Counted from the first letter of the stretch, positions 9,450-19,789 are shown. The stretch is DNA of 64,000 nucleotides from an uncultured SAR86 cluster bacterium (GCA_902520495.1 CABYNW010000002.1:67785-131784), one strand, 5' to 3'. The notes: generated from the letters alone by a model not told the origin. Numbers and translations: made by a program.

Positions 9450-10191
9450 TACCTGGAATAATTGCTTTTCTGTTTTTAGGATAGTCTTGAAATTTATTTT
9501 TATACCATTTGTGGTGAGAAATCGCTCTTGGAAATAAATTTGCTATTACCCATATCAAAAAAACTATTCCAGAAATACTCCAAGTTAATATTGCCCAACC
9601 CATCCATTCAATAATTTCGCCGAAATAATTGGGCGCAGAAATATATCTATATAAGAATCCGTTGGGAATGTGATATCCAGGACCTTTTCTTTTTTTCATA
9701 TATGCTATGTAATAGTCTGATTTTATATTTATAAACATTCCCATTAAAAATAAAGTTAGCCCAACAACAAACGCAGGACTTGAAATCCAATCGGAAGCAT
9801 ATTCAGTAAAATAAAAAATACCAAATGCTTGAATGCTTACATTGATAATATTAAAAAAGAAAGCCGATAAAGCTATGGAAATTGGCATTTTTGGATTAGT
9901 CATTTCAATAGCAAATGGGTAAATAAAAGTTCGATGAATATAGTGCATTAACCATAATAATAAAAAAATTTCATGCACTACTTGAAGTTGATCTCTTACT
10001 ATTAAGCCATAAACAATCATTAAAATCACACAAGGTGATTCCATTACAACCCAACCAAGTCTTGCAGGAATTGAAATTCCCCAACCTTCTTTAATATGAC
10101 GACCGTAAGGAGCATTTTCATAAAAAAGATATGTAAAGGTTGCTATTGCAATTACTACCCAGATTGTTATTAATATATAAAAAATATCCAT
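9442..10191 (-). CDS. 3-oxo-5-alpha-steroid 4-dehydrogenase (steroid 5-alpha-reductase) family membrane protein
   Basis: It is polytopic. YGRH..EGWG, ARLGWVVMESP and the C-terminal PNYFGEIIEWMGWA are family motifs. Confidence 0.7.
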   Translation of the reverse strand: MDIFYILITIWVVIAIATFTYLFYENAPYGRHIKEGWGISIPARLGWVVMESPCVILMIVYGLIVRDQLQVVHEIFLLLWLMHYIHRTFIYPFAIEMTNPKMPISIALSAFFFNIINVSIQAFGIFYFTEYASDWISSPAFVVGLTLFLMGMFINIKSDYYIAYMKKRKGPGYHIPNGFLYRYISAPNYFGEIIEWMGWAILTWSISGIVFLIWVIANLFPRAISHHKWYKNKFQDYPKNRKAIIPGII

Positions 10192-10269
10192 TTAATTATT
10201 AAACAAGTTTACAGTTATGATTCTAAATCATAAACTTGTTACTTGATTTATTTTTGGGGAGATTTATTT

Positions 10270-11949
10270 GTGAAAAATTATGATTTTATTATATTAGGCG
10301 CAGGCTCCGCAGGATGTGTTCTTGCAAATAGATTAAGTTCGAACCCTAATTTTAGTGTTTGTTTGATTGAAGCAGGTTCTAAAGATAGCGACCCACGAAT
10401 ACATATACCTATTGGTTTTGCATTTTTTGGCGCAAATAATCCAGTGAGTTGGAATTATGACACTGTTCCACAAAAAGAATTTGAAAAAGTTGTTGTTGCT
10501 GAACCTCAAACCGCAGTAGTTGATTCTGCTGGAGGGGTTCATAATGTTGAGGCAGAAAGCATGGAACACAGGAGAGGATTTCAACCTCGTGGAAAGACTC
10601 TTGGAGGTTCAAGCTCAATTAACGCCATGTTGTACGTAAGAGGGCATAAATGGGATTATGATCACTGGTCAGAATTAGGTAACGACGGATGGTCTTATGA
10701 TGAAATTTTACCTTATTTTAAAAAAGCCGAACATAATGAAATGTTCGACAATGCATACCATGGTCAAAATGGCCCTTTAAATGTTTCTAAAATTAGACAC
10801 GAAAACAAACCGGTTCAAGATTTTGTTAAATCAGGTTCTGAAGTATATGGATTTAACGAAGATTTTAACGGAGAAAATCAAGAGGGCATAGGATTTTATC
10901 AATGCACTCAGAAAGACGGAAAAAGATGTAGTGCTGCAAAAGCTTATTTGACACCAATCTTGGACAGAGAAAACCTCACTGTTATGACAGATACAAACGT
11001 CAATAAAATCATTATTAATAATAAAAAAGCTTCAGGAGTTGAATGCATTAATAAGGATGGTGAATATTTTACAATTAATGTTAACAAAGAGGTTCTCCTA
11101 TCATCAGGTGCTTTTGGCTCTCCTCAAATCATGCTTAGATCTGGAATTGGTCCTGCTAACGAAATACTAAAGCATGATCTTGATCATCACCACGAACTAC
11201 CTGGTGTTGGAAAAAATTTACAAGATCATATTGATTACCTAACTGTTCACAGATATAACTCAATAGAATTAATTGGAATGTCAGTTAAATCAATTTTCTT
11301 TAAATTTCCTATAGAAATATTAAAGTATATGTTTAAAAAAACCGGATTATTTACCTCAACTATTGCAGAAGCAGGTGGTTTTATTAAATCTAAAGAAAAT
11401 AAAGATATCCCTGATATTCAATTACACTTTATTCCAACAATGGTTGTTGATCATGGTAGAACTCAACTTTGGGGACATGGCCTAGGTTGTCATATGTGTC
11501 TTTTAAGACCAAAATCAAGAGGAGAGGTTACTTTAAACTCTTCTGATCCCTTTGAAGATCCAAACATTGATCCAAAATTTCTATCTCATCCAGATGATAT
11601 GAAAGACATGATTGCTGGATATAAAAAGATGATGAAGGTTATGAATAAAGATTCTTTTTCACAATACACCAAAAATCATAGTATGAGGCCAATAGATATA
11701 AATAATGAAGCTGAAATTGAACAAGCAATCAGAGAAGAAGCTGACACGGTATATCATCCAGTTGGCACCTGTAAAATGGGCAATGATGAAATGTCAGTAG
11801 TTGATATGAAATTAAAAGTTCATGGAATTCAAGGTTTGAGAGTTGTAGATGCATCAATAATGCCGACTTTAATAGGAGGAAATACAAATGCTCCAACGAT
11901 AATGATCGGTGAAAAGGCTTCAGATATGATAATAGAAGAATGGAAATAA
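10270..11949 (+). CDS. GMC-family FAD oxidoreductase (choline/alcohol dehydrogenase-like)
   Basis: YDFIILGAGSAGCVLANRLS, GKTLGGSSSINAMLYVRG and HPVGTCKMG are present. I chose the GTG start at 10270, which has GGGGAG 8 nt upstream. Confidence 0.85.
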   Translation: MKNYDFIILGAGSAGCVLANRLSSNPNFSVCLIEAGSKDSDPRIHIPIGFAFFGANNPVSWNYDTVPQKEFEKVVVAEPQTAVVDSAGGVHNVEAESMEHRRGFQPRGKTLGGSSSINAMLYVRGHKWDYDHWSELGNDGWSYDEILPYFKKAEHNEMFDNAYHGQNGPLNVSKIRHENKPVQDFVKSGSEVYGFNEDFNGENQEGIGFYQCTQKDGKRCSAAKAYLTPILDRENLTVMTDTNVNKIIINNKKASGVECINKDGEYFTINVNKEVLLSSGAFGSPQIMLRSGIGPANEILKHDLDHHHELPGVGKNLQDHIDYLTVHRYNSIELIGMSVKSIFFKFPIEILKYMFKKTGLFTSTIAEAGGFIKSKENKDIPDIQLHFIPTMVVDHGRTQLWGHGLGCHMCLLRPKSRGEVTLNSSDPFEDPNIDPKFLSHPDDMKDMIAGYKKMMKVMNKDSFSQYTKNHSMRPIDINNEAEIEQAIREEADTVYHPVGTCKMGNDEMSVVDMKLKVHGIQGLRVVDASIMPTLIGGNTNAPTIMIGEKASDMIIEEWK

Positions 11950-11950
11950 T

Positions 11951-12466
11951 ATGGGAAAAATTCTTCTCACAACTACTATTTTTATTATTTTATTATTAAC
12001 TTCCTGCAATAGAGATTCTAATGCTAATGTATCTGTCATAAGCTCATGGCTCAATAGTGCAAGCCAATTTGAGGGCCTTTGGTTTTTAGATAAAGAAAAA
12101 ACAACCGATTCATGTCTTTCTGCTATTGATATACAAAACTCAGAAGAGTTAGATCAAGAATACAGTTTTTGGGATGACGTATTTGAAAATACTTATTCAT
12201 CATTAGCATGTTCAGTCCTAATAGAAACAGGACTGAATAAACAATTAATTATAAAAAATAATGAATTTAAACACCCATATATATTAGATGAGCTAAAATC
12301 AATCTGTTTTATCAAAAGAGGCGGTAATTTTTATTGTGGTCAAAATGAATCATCTGCAACAAGCATAATGGGAAATATCAAAAAACAAGAATCGTTACTA
12401 ATTTTAGAATTTGAAAACAGCTTGGGTGAAAATGAAAATATTAGACTTATATACAAAAAAGAATGA
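11951..12466 (+). CDS. Lipoprotein, function unknown
   Basis: The lipobox is LLTSC. It starts 2 nt after the GMC stop, and its stop overlaps the next start. Confidence 0.45.
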   Translation: MGKILLTTTIFIILLLTSCNRDSNANVSVISSWLNSASQFEGLWFLDKEKTTDSCLSAIDIQNSEELDQEYSFWDDVFENTYSSLACSVLIETGLNKQLIIKNNEFKHPYILDELKSICFIKRGGNFYCGQNESSATSIMGNIKKQESLLILEFENSLGENENIRLIYKKE

Positions 12467-12783
12467 GCAATAGAAATTTAGTCTTAATGATTTTGCTTTT
12501 TAGTATTAGTACTTCAGCTGATAATTCTTTGTTAATAGATGTTCGAACAATTAATGAATTTGAATCCGGTCATATAGAAGACTCATTAAATATTGAATGG
12601 CAAAATATTTCATCTATTAAAAATAAAATTATAACAGATCAAAAAATATATCTTTATTGTAGAAGCGGACGTAGATCTCAAAAAGCGACAGAAATTCTTC
12701 TTGAGCTTGGCTATAAAGATGTTACAAATCTTGGTGGTATGAAAGAAGCAAGCGAAGTGCTAAATAAAAAGATCATTCAATGA
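12463..12783 (+). CDS. Rhodanese-domain protein with signal peptide
   Basis: IDVRTINEFESGHIEDSLNI and the active-site loop CRSGRRS. Confidence 0.8.
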   Translation: MSNRNLVLMILLFSISTSADNSLLIDVRTINEFESGHIEDSLNIEWQNISSIKNKIITDQKIYLYCRSGRRSQKATEILLELGYKDVTNLGGMKEASEVLNKKIIQ

Positions 12784-13703
12784 AGAAATTTTTTAGTTTT
12801 TTATCCAAATACTCAAATAAGAAAATCATATCTTTTGATGGGGGTGGTGTAAGAACGATCGCATCCCTTGTTTTTTTAAAAAAGCTTGAAGCAGAGAGTG
12901 GAAAAAAAGTAGTTGATATTTTTGACATGTTTATTGGTACCAGTGCCGGTGCATTAAATGCAGCATGTTTTGCTTACGGAGGTTTTTCAGCAGATAAAGT
13001 TAAACGATATTGGTCAAAAGGTTATCTAGATAGAATAATGAAAACTTCTTTTTTTTGGGACAAAGCATCATTGATTCAAGCGAGACCAAGATATGAAAAT
13101 GAGGGGAGAATTAAGGTACTTAATGAAATTTTTGGCGACAGTACTCTTAAAGAATCCATCAAACCCTTTTTATCTTTTGCTTATGATATTGAGAAAAGAG
13201 AACATGTGGTATTTGATTCAATGAATACACCTGATATTTCATTTGTTGATGCAGTAGCTTCATCTAGCGCTGCCCCAATGTATTTCCCAACTTATCAAAT
13301 GCAAAATAAATCATGGATGATTGATGGGAGTATTGTTAGCAATAATCCAACACTAATTGGTTATTCCTATGCAAAAAAAATACTGGAAACAGAAAATATT
13401 AAAGTCTTTAGCCTAGGTTCAGGACAAAATAAAAATAAAATTAGTGGCTCAAGTTCCAGTAAATGGGGAGGCGTAGGGTGGTTAAGAAATGATATCATTG
13501 GAATGTTGTTGGATTCAGAGATTCACAACTCTATTTCACAAGATATATTTAAAGACAATTACTTGAGAATTAATTCCCCTAGAGGCGAAATAAATAGATT
13601 TCTAGATGATGATTCTGATGAAAATCTCGAAAAAATCCATCTTATGGGTATGGAATGGTGGTCAAAATTTGGAGAGGATGCATTGAAATTTATCGAAGAT
13701 TAG
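12780..13703 (+). CDS. Patatin-like phospholipase
   Basis: The oxyanion motif FDGGGVRT, the nucleophile motif GTSAG and DGS(I/V) near the catalytic Asp are present. Confidence 0.8.
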   Translation: MKKFFSFLSKYSNKKIISFDGGGVRTIASLVFLKKLEAESGKKVVDIFDMFIGTSAGALNAACFAYGGFSADKVKRYWSKGYLDRIMKTSFFWDKASLIQARPRYENEGRIKVLNEIFGDSTLKESIKPFLSFAYDIEKREHVVFDSMNTPDISFVDAVASSSAAPMYFPTYQMQNKSWMIDGSIVSNNPTLIGYSYAKKILETENIKVFSLGSGQNKNKISGSSSSKWGGVGWLRNDIIGMLLDSEIHNSISQDIFKDNYLRINSPRGEINRFLDDDSDENLEKIHLMGMEWWSKFGEDALKFIED

Positions 13704-13735
13704 TATTTATTTATATATAAAAATTAGATATTAAC

Positions 13736-13764
13736 TTGACATCATTTCTTCAAAAAAGTTTAAT
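13736..13764 (+). promoter_or_regulatory. Candidate sigma70 promoter for the TonB-dependent receptor
   Basis: TTGACA (13736-13741), a 17-bp spacer, then TTTAAT. Confidence 0.3.
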
Positions 13765-13805
13765 ACATTTCATCAAATATACATTTATAACCTAGGGGGT
13801 TAACA

Positions 13806-16800
13806 GTGAATCGATATTTATTATCATTGGTACTTTTATTACCAATAACAACAGTTATTATTGCTCAAGATAATGAACAGGAAGAAGTTGAAGAAGTCAT
13901 AGTAAGTGGAGTTAAATCCAGTTTAAAAGATGCTATCGATATTAAAAGAAAGAATGTTGGAGTTGTCGATGCTTTGACAGCACAAGATTTAGGTAAATTT
14001 CCTGATGGAAATCTTGCTGAAGCACTTTCAAGACTAGTAGGCGTAACAACTGAAAGAAGTAATGATGAAGGTACTAAAGTAACAGTCAGAGGTCTAGGAC
14101 CAGAATTTAACCTCGTAACATTAAATGGTAGAACTATGCCAACAGTTCCACCTCAATACGGTGGCGGAAGATCATTCAATTTTGGCGATATCTCATCTCA
14201 TGGAGTGTCTGCAGTTGAGGTATATAAATCTGCTAATGCTGTTTTGCCAACTGGTGGATTAGGCTCAACTATTAATATGGTTACAGCTAAACCAATTGGT
14301 GCAGATGAGGGCGGCGCAGTTAGTTTCAGAATGAATCATCATACTAAAAATGTTACTGGCGATGACCTTACACCAGAATTAGATTTCATTTTTATTACTA
14401 ATGGAGAATATTTAGGTGGCTCATGGGGTCTATCTGTATCTGGCTCTCATCAAGAAAGACATAATAGAGAAGAAGGTACCAATGAAATTACATGGTTACC
14501 AAGCGATGTTAGAGGAGGAACGGTTCCTTCCACAGCATCAATTTCATCTTCTAATCAAAGATCTGATGGGGTTTATTTTTACCCTGAATCACTATCTTAT
14601 AAATTCAAAGATAATCAAAGTGAAAGAGATAATCTTCAAACCACACTTCAATATGAGTATGGAAAAATGGTTACAACTGTTGATTACACCGTATCAAGCA
14701 CAAGTTTTGATTTCACAGGTATCACAACTGGATCATATTTTGCTGGTTGGAATACAACACAAATGACTATTAATGAAAGAGGTGCCGTTATTCAGGGTAC
14801 ATCAGAAGCTGCTGGTAATGGTGATAGTTGGACTAATGATTTTGAATATGGCAGTTCATCAACTAATAATAAGTCAGTTGGTATAAATTTTGATTATCAA
14901 GTTAATGATAATTTAAATATGACTCTTGATTTTCATGACTCAAGTGCTGGATTTAAAGGTACGCCTGGAGGGACTCAAAATAATGTTCTTGCTTTCTCTA
15001 ATGGCGCGTGGCCAGGATGGGGTTGGTGGCCAGTTCAAGAAGCATCAGGTTTTTTAAGAGCTAGATCCTTTGACTTCAATAATAAGGTTGGAGCTTTATC
15101 ATGGAATATGGATAAGAACTTTCAGGGTGCAGATACTGGAGCTACTGAATTTGACGGTAGCGATATGGGTCCAAGACAAGCATTCTTAAATTATCAAGAT
15201 CGTGAAAGCGAGTTAAATCAGTTACAACTCATAGGAAATTGGGAAAATAATGACGGAATAATAATGGAATCTCTGAGTTCTATACAGTTTGGTATGTCTC
15301 AGATGGAAACATCATTCAGAAACCAAAAATGGTTCAATCAATTAGTAAATGGAAAGCTTGCTGATGGCGATCCAGTAATGATGACCTATGCATTCATGCC
15401 TGATGATGTGTGGACAAAAGTTAATGTTCCAGGATATTTGGGATCAGGTACACCTTTTTATTATTTGAATATCTCTAAAGAAGACGCTTTGTACTGGTTT
15501 GGTGCAGCGGGTTTTGTAGGAGATTTTTCTTCATCTGATGGAAGCTGGTGGAATAATAATAATACTCCATATCAATGGCCTTCAGAGTGTATCGCAAATG
15601 ATGCATTTGATGCAGATGGAAATCCTAACGGATTAGGTTCTAATGTTGGATACGATGGAAACAGGTCTTCAACACGTGGTGTTGTTGATGGATGTTATGG
15701 CGGCAGAGATTCAAATGGAATTATTGTTGAAGAACTGAATTCTTTATTTGTTAATTTCAATTTTGATACTGAAATGAATGGAATTCCGGTTAGAGCACAA
15801 CTTGGTCTTAGATATGAAGAGGAAGAAAGATCATCAACTGCTGATACCACAGTTCCAACTAATACTGCATGGAGTTTAGGTGCATTTATGTATGGCGATA
15901 AGGTTGGAGTTATAACTGCCCCAACTACATATACTGGAAAAGGTAGCTCAGATTATTTTTTACCTAATTTAAATATGACTTTTGATCTTGATGATAAAAG
16001 GGTTGTTAAGTTTGCGCTAAGCAAAACTATTGCAAGACCGAGTTTAGAGCAATTAGACTCAACTGTAAGTGTTGGAGCTTTTGATTCTAGATATCCTTTG
16101 ACTTTAGGAACAGGTAATCCAGACTTACAACCATATGAGTCAGTAAATTTAGATTTAGCATATGAATACTATTATGCAGAAGGTAGTTATTTTGCTGTTA
16201 ACTATTTTAGGAAAGATATTACAGACTATCACGGATCTGGTTTAAGAAGCGGACCATTTAATGGAGTAAGAGATGTAACTCGAGGACCAAGAGGCGCATT
16301 AATCGTTCCAGAAAATGATGATGCTTTATGCCAATGGACAGCCAGCCAAGGTTACTGGGCCTGTGGATGGTCAAATGCATATGATTGGGCCTGGTTAGTT
16401 AATACAGGTTTTTCTTTTGGTTGTAATGGCTCTACTGATTGTATTGCTGATGCTAATAATGGAAATGCAGTATTTATTGGTAATTCAGATGATCCATTTT
16501 ACATATTTAATCTAGCTCAACCTGTTAACAAATATGATGGTGTATTGGATGGATTTGAGGTAGCAATTCAACATTTATTTGATAATAATTTTGGTGTTTT
16601 AGCTAATATGACTTTAATTGGTGGAGATACTGATGCTGATAGAGCGGCTTTGGGTGAGCAGTTTGCACTTCCTGGATTTGGTGATGCGGCTAACCTATCT
16701 GTTTTTTATGAAGATGAAAAAATGTCAGCAAGACTTTCATATAATTTAAAAGGTGAAACTTATGCAGGAATGGATCAATACAATCCTTTGTATGTTGTTG

Positions 16801-16979
16801 AAAGAGCTCAAGTAGATTTCAATGCTACATATAATGTTTCAGATAATACACAAGTCTTTTTTGAAGCAATCAATATTACTGATTCAGAAGTTGAGCTTTA
16901 TTCAAGATATGAAGAAATGACTTTCTTATATCAAGATCACGGACCTATTTATAAGGCTGGATTTAGAGTGAAATTTTAA
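13806..16979 (+). CDS. TonB-dependent outer-membrane receptor (1057 aa)
   Basis: It has a signal peptide. The plug includes a TonB-box-like EEVIVSG, plus DALTAQDLGKFPDGNLAEAL and VTVRGLGPEFNLVTLNGR. The C-terminus ends YKAGFRVKF (terminal Phe). The start codon is GTG. Confidence 0.85.
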   Translation: MNRYLLSLVLLLPITTVIIAQDNEQEEVEEVIVSGVKSSLKDAIDIKRKNVGVVDALTAQDLGKFPDGNLAEALSRLVGVTTERSNDEGTKVTVRGLGPEFNLVTLNGRTMPTVPPQYGGGRSFNFGDISSHGVSAVEVYKSANAVLPTGGLGSTINMVTAKPIGADEGGAVSFRMNHHTKNVTGDDLTPELDFIFITNGEYLGGSWGLSVSGSHQERHNREEGTNEITWLPSDVRGGTVPSTASISSSNQRSDGVYFYPESLSYKFKDNQSERDNLQTTLQYEYGKMVTTVDYTVSSTSFDFTGITTGSYFAGWNTTQMTINERGAVIQGTSEAAGNGDSWTNDFEYGSSSTNNKSVGINFDYQVNDNLNMTLDFHDSSAGFKGTPGGTQNNVLAFSNGAWPGWGWWPVQEASGFLRARSFDFNNKVGALSWNMDKNFQGADTGATEFDGSDMGPRQAFLNYQDRESELNQLQLIGNWENNDGIIMESLSSIQFGMSQMETSFRNQKWFNQLVNGKLADGDPVMMTYAFMPDDVWTKVNVPGYLGSGTPFYYLNISKEDALYWFGAAGFVGDFSSSDGSWWNNNNTPYQWPSECIANDAFDADGNPNGLGSNVGYDGNRSSTRGVVDGCYGGRDSNGIIVEELNSLFVNFNFDTEMNGIPVRAQLGLRYEEEERSSTADTTVPTNTAWSLGAFMYGDKVGVITAPTTYTGKGSSDYFLPNLNMTFDLDDKRVVKFALSKTIARPSLEQLDSTVSVGAFDSRYPLTLGTGNPDLQPYESVNLDLAYEYYYAEGSYFAVNYFRKDITDYHGSGLRSGPFNGVRDVTRGPRGALIVPENDDALCQWTASQGYWACGWSNAYDWAWLVNTGFSFGCNGSTDCIADANNGNAVFIGNSDDPFYIFNLAQPVNKYDGVLDGFEVAIQHLFDNNFGVLANMTLIGGDTDADRAALGEQFALPGFGDAANLSVFYEDEKMSARLSYNLKGETYAGMDQYNPLYVVERAQVDFNATYNVSDNTQVFFEAINITDSEVELYSRYEEMTFLYQDHGPIYKAGFRVKF

Positions 16980-16998
16980 TATAATTTTATGAATTAAA

Positions 16999-17025
16999 AG
17001 AGGGCTCTTTAGCCCTCTTTTTTTT
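16999..17025 (+). terminator. Rho-independent terminator after the receptor gene
   Basis: AGAGGGCT-cttt-AGCCCTCT followed by a T-run. Confidence 0.8.
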
Positions 17026-17027
17026 CA

Positions 17028-19097
17028 TTGAGATATAATTTGTATGTGAAAATATTTAAATTATTTATAGTATTAATTTTCATTACTTCCTGTGGAGGAG
17101 GTGGAGGTGGTGGAAGCGCGCCTCCAGTTCCATTTGCGATAACCCTAGCATCAAGTAGTTCTATCTCAATTGATGAGGACACCACATACACTGGAAATGT
17201 AACCGCAACTGCTAACGAGCCTGTAACACTACAATATGAATTAACCTCATCAACCACTAATGGGGTTTTAACTTTTTCAGGAACAGGAGTAATTACTTAT
17301 AACCCAAATGAAAACTTTAATGGCCAAGATCAGTTTTCATATTCAGTTACTGCAGTAGAAAAAAGTGTTACAAGAAATAGCACGGTAACAATAACAATTA
17401 ACCCAGTAAATGATTTACCAACAATATCGATGGATTCAAAATCAAATTTAGATAAGAATAATTTAATTTTTAATTCTAATCCAAGTTTTTCAGTTACATT
17501 TTCTGATATTGATAATGAAGATGCAGATTTAACCTTCAGTGCAACAGTAAATGATGAGTCTGTTCCAACAACATTTTCATCAACTGGTGAGGGTAAGGGC
17601 GATATAGTTTTAGATTTATCAACATTATCAAAGGCGGGTCTACTTGATGCAGAGATAATAGTCTCTGATGGTATAGATTCAGATAATGATTTTTTCAATA
17701 CTTGGTTTATTTCTAATAAACAAATCGTAACAGTTGCACAAGATGATGATAAAAGTGATGGGTTTGATTCAGGAACCACAACCAATAAAGATTATTATGT
17801 TTATTACCTTGTTGGAGGTGGAGATACTTTTGGTAGAACCGATTACTTATTTGTAGCTGATTCATTAAAACCAGATCCCAACGATGACTCAACCCCAGAT
17901 TTAGATAGTTTTCGAGAAGCTTTGCTAAAGTCTATTAATGCATTAAATGATTCCGATGCATCAGAATTTTTTACTGGTTATTTTGATATTGTTGTTGCTG
18001 AACCAGTTAATCCTGATGGAACTTCCTTAGCTTCAATAGAAACTGGTTGTTATGACTGGGATGAAGATGTTTATTGTATTGGTTCAGGAGATATTAATGA
18101 TTCCGTATTTGATGATCTTTTTTCAGATCATGATTTAGTTTCAGTTTTAACCATGATTGATGGAAGGGGTGTTAATTTAGGTAATACTAATATTCAAGAA
18201 ATCAAACCAAGAACTGAATATACATTAATGCATGAACTTGGTCATGCACATGGTGAAATGGGTGATGAGTATATAACTACTGATGATAGAGATGTCAGTC
18301 AATGGGCTGATAGAAATGTGAATACAACAACCCAATCCGATCCTGGGCTTGTGAAATGGAAACATCACATTGATGACATAATGAATGTTGCTGGTAAAGA
18401 TTTTAAAGTTTGTTACAACTATGCTGATGGCACTATCTATGATGACGGAGAAGACGCAACAACATGCGATTGTTTATTTAATGTTTATGATGCTAACGGC
18501 AATAGGACTGGAAGAAATCCCGAATGCAACACAGTAGGATTATTTGAAGGAAATTATTATGGTGAGACAGATAATTTTCGACCTAAATATTGGACAATTA
18601 TGGAAGGAGGTATCTTGAGCTATGGAGAAGTAAATACCGAAGGGTTTGCAATTGGGTCTATTCACAACCAGGGCTTTGTTGATGGTGATGATGTTAGTTT
18701 TGTTCAAGATGCATCAAATAATAATACTGGCTTTGAGATTGATATAGATGTTGCATACGATACCTCTAAATTAAAACTTCAGTGGTATATCGATGGGGTT
18801 CTTGATAACTCAAAAGAAAATCAAACTTCAATTGTATTTAATAGACCAAGCGATAATAGTGTAAAGGTATATACATGGAGAGTAGAGGATTTAACAGGTA
18901 CGGTGTCAGCTCCAGATGATGTAACAGATACTGAAGATTTCTATGAAGGCTTATTTAATTCAGATTTTTACTGGTGTGATAGATCTAGTGGTTCATGTCA
19001 GTGGGGATACAACCCAACAGATAGAACTCAATATCACTATGGATATATAAATGGACCCATGGGTGGAACATGGGGTATTAATTGGGCAAGGTGGTAA
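17028..19097 (+). CDS. Lipoprotein with cadherin-like/VCBS-type repeats and an M64-like zinc-metalloprotease domain
   Basis: The lipobox ITSC is followed by a poly-Gly linker. Repeats end NFNGQDQFSYSVT...VTITINPVNDLPT. The C-terminal half carries TLMHELGHAHGEMGDEY (HExxH...DEY, as in peptidase M64). The real start may be the GTG at 17046. Confidence 0.6.
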   Translation: MRYNLYVKIFKLFIVLIFITSCGGGGGGGSAPPVPFAITLASSSSISIDEDTTYTGNVTATANEPVTLQYELTSSTTNGVLTFSGTGVITYNPNENFNGQDQFSYSVTAVEKSVTRNSTVTITINPVNDLPTISMDSKSNLDKNNLIFNSNPSFSVTFSDIDNEDADLTFSATVNDESVPTTFSSTGEGKGDIVLDLSTLSKAGLLDAEIIVSDGIDSDNDFFNTWFISNKQIVTVAQDDDKSDGFDSGTTTNKDYYVYYLVGGGDTFGRTDYLFVADSLKPDPNDDSTPDLDSFREALLKSINALNDSDASEFFTGYFDIVVAEPVNPDGTSLASIETGCYDWDEDVYCIGSGDINDSVFDDLFSDHDLVSVLTMIDGRGVNLGNTNIQEIKPRTEYTLMHELGHAHGEMGDEYITTDDRDVSQWADRNVNTTTQSDPGLVKWKHHIDDIMNVAGKDFKVCYNYADGTIYDDGEDATTCDCLFNVYDANGNRTGRNPECNTVGLFEGNYYGETDNFRPKYWTIMEGGILSYGEVNTEGFAIGSIHNQGFVDGDDVSFVQDASNNNTGFEIDIDVAYDTSKLKLQWYIDGVLDNSKENQTSIVFNRPSDNSVKVYTWRVEDLTGTVSAPDDVTDTEDFYEGLFNSDFYWCDRSSGSCQWGYNPTDRTQYHYGYINGPMGGTWGINWARW

Positions 19098-19101
19098 TCA
19101 A

Positions 19102-19569
19102 ATGAGAATAATAAATTTAATAATATTTTCAATATTCATTGTTTCAATAACTGCAGATGACTTAATACAAGATTTTCAAATCAAAAAGCTACATGTCAGC
19201 CCTATTGAAGATGCATATGTTGTATCTTTCAAAGCTAGTTCTAACTCATTTATTTTAGAAGAAATAAAAATCAAAAAACCTAAAAAAAGAACTCTTAAAA
19301 AACTTAGATTTGTTAATGATGATGATGAATTTGCAATAAAAGTTTTTGATAAGGAAGGAATTGAGTTGATAACTATCGGCATAGGAAATCCTTTTTATGC
19401 AACTTACGAACATATTGGATATGAGGATAGACAATATATGGGTGGCCCTGTTTCTTCTGCAGATATTGAAATTGCAATTCCTTTACAGTTTGAACCAGCA
19501 GTATTTATAATTTCTAAGAGAAATAGCGTTGGCAAATTTAACGATTTTCAAGAAATATCACTCCCATAA
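19102..19569 (+). CDS. Small secreted protein, function unknown
   Basis: The ATG at 19102 gives the signal peptide MRIINLIIFSIFIVSITA. It starts 5 nt after the upstream stop. Confidence 0.45.
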   Translation: MRIINLIIFSIFIVSITADDLIQDFQIKKLHVSPIEDAYVVSFKASSNSFILEEIKIKKPKKRTLKKLRFVNDDDEFAIKVFDKEGIELITIGIGNPFYATYEHIGYEDRQYMGGPVSSADIEIAIPLQFEPAVFIISKRNSVGKFNDFQEISLP

Positions 19570-19627
19570 ATCCAAAATTCAATCTTCTTGAAAGCAATAC
19601 ACTAAAAGAGTATATTAACCAACCAAT

Positions 19628-19703
19628 GCGGTACTAGCTCAGTTGGTAGAGCGTCTGCTTGCCAAGCAGAAGGCCGCCGGTTCGAGACCGGCGTACCGCA
19701 CCA
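19628..19703 (+). tRNA. tRNA-Gly (anticodon GCC)
   Basis: It is 76 nt and starts GCGGTACTAGCTCAGTTGGTAGAGC. The anticodon stem TCTGC/GCAGA has loop TTGCCAA. It has a GGTTCGAGACC T arm and ends ACCA. Confidence 0.95.
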
Positions 19704-19789
19704 ATTTATATCTAAAATATTTATATAATTCTGAACTTATATTAATTTATTAATGTATTATTAATATTCATATTTTAGGAGAGAAAATT

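Noticed and set aside
12780-13703. The patatin-like phospholipase as a CBASS/CapV-type defence effector.
   Set aside because: There is no cyclase/nucleotidyltransferase, no E1/E2/JAB accessory genes and no other defence genes nearby. It is translationally coupled to metabolic-looking genes.
17009-17785. Antisense ORFs 17009-17257 (contains PPPPPPP) and 17330-17785, opposite the metalloprotease lipoprotein gene.
   Set aside because: They lie fully inside a much longer, motif-bearing ORF on the other strand. The poly-Pro is just the reverse reading of the Gly-linker codons (GGAGGAGGTGGAGGTGGTGG). There is no SD or recognisable domain.
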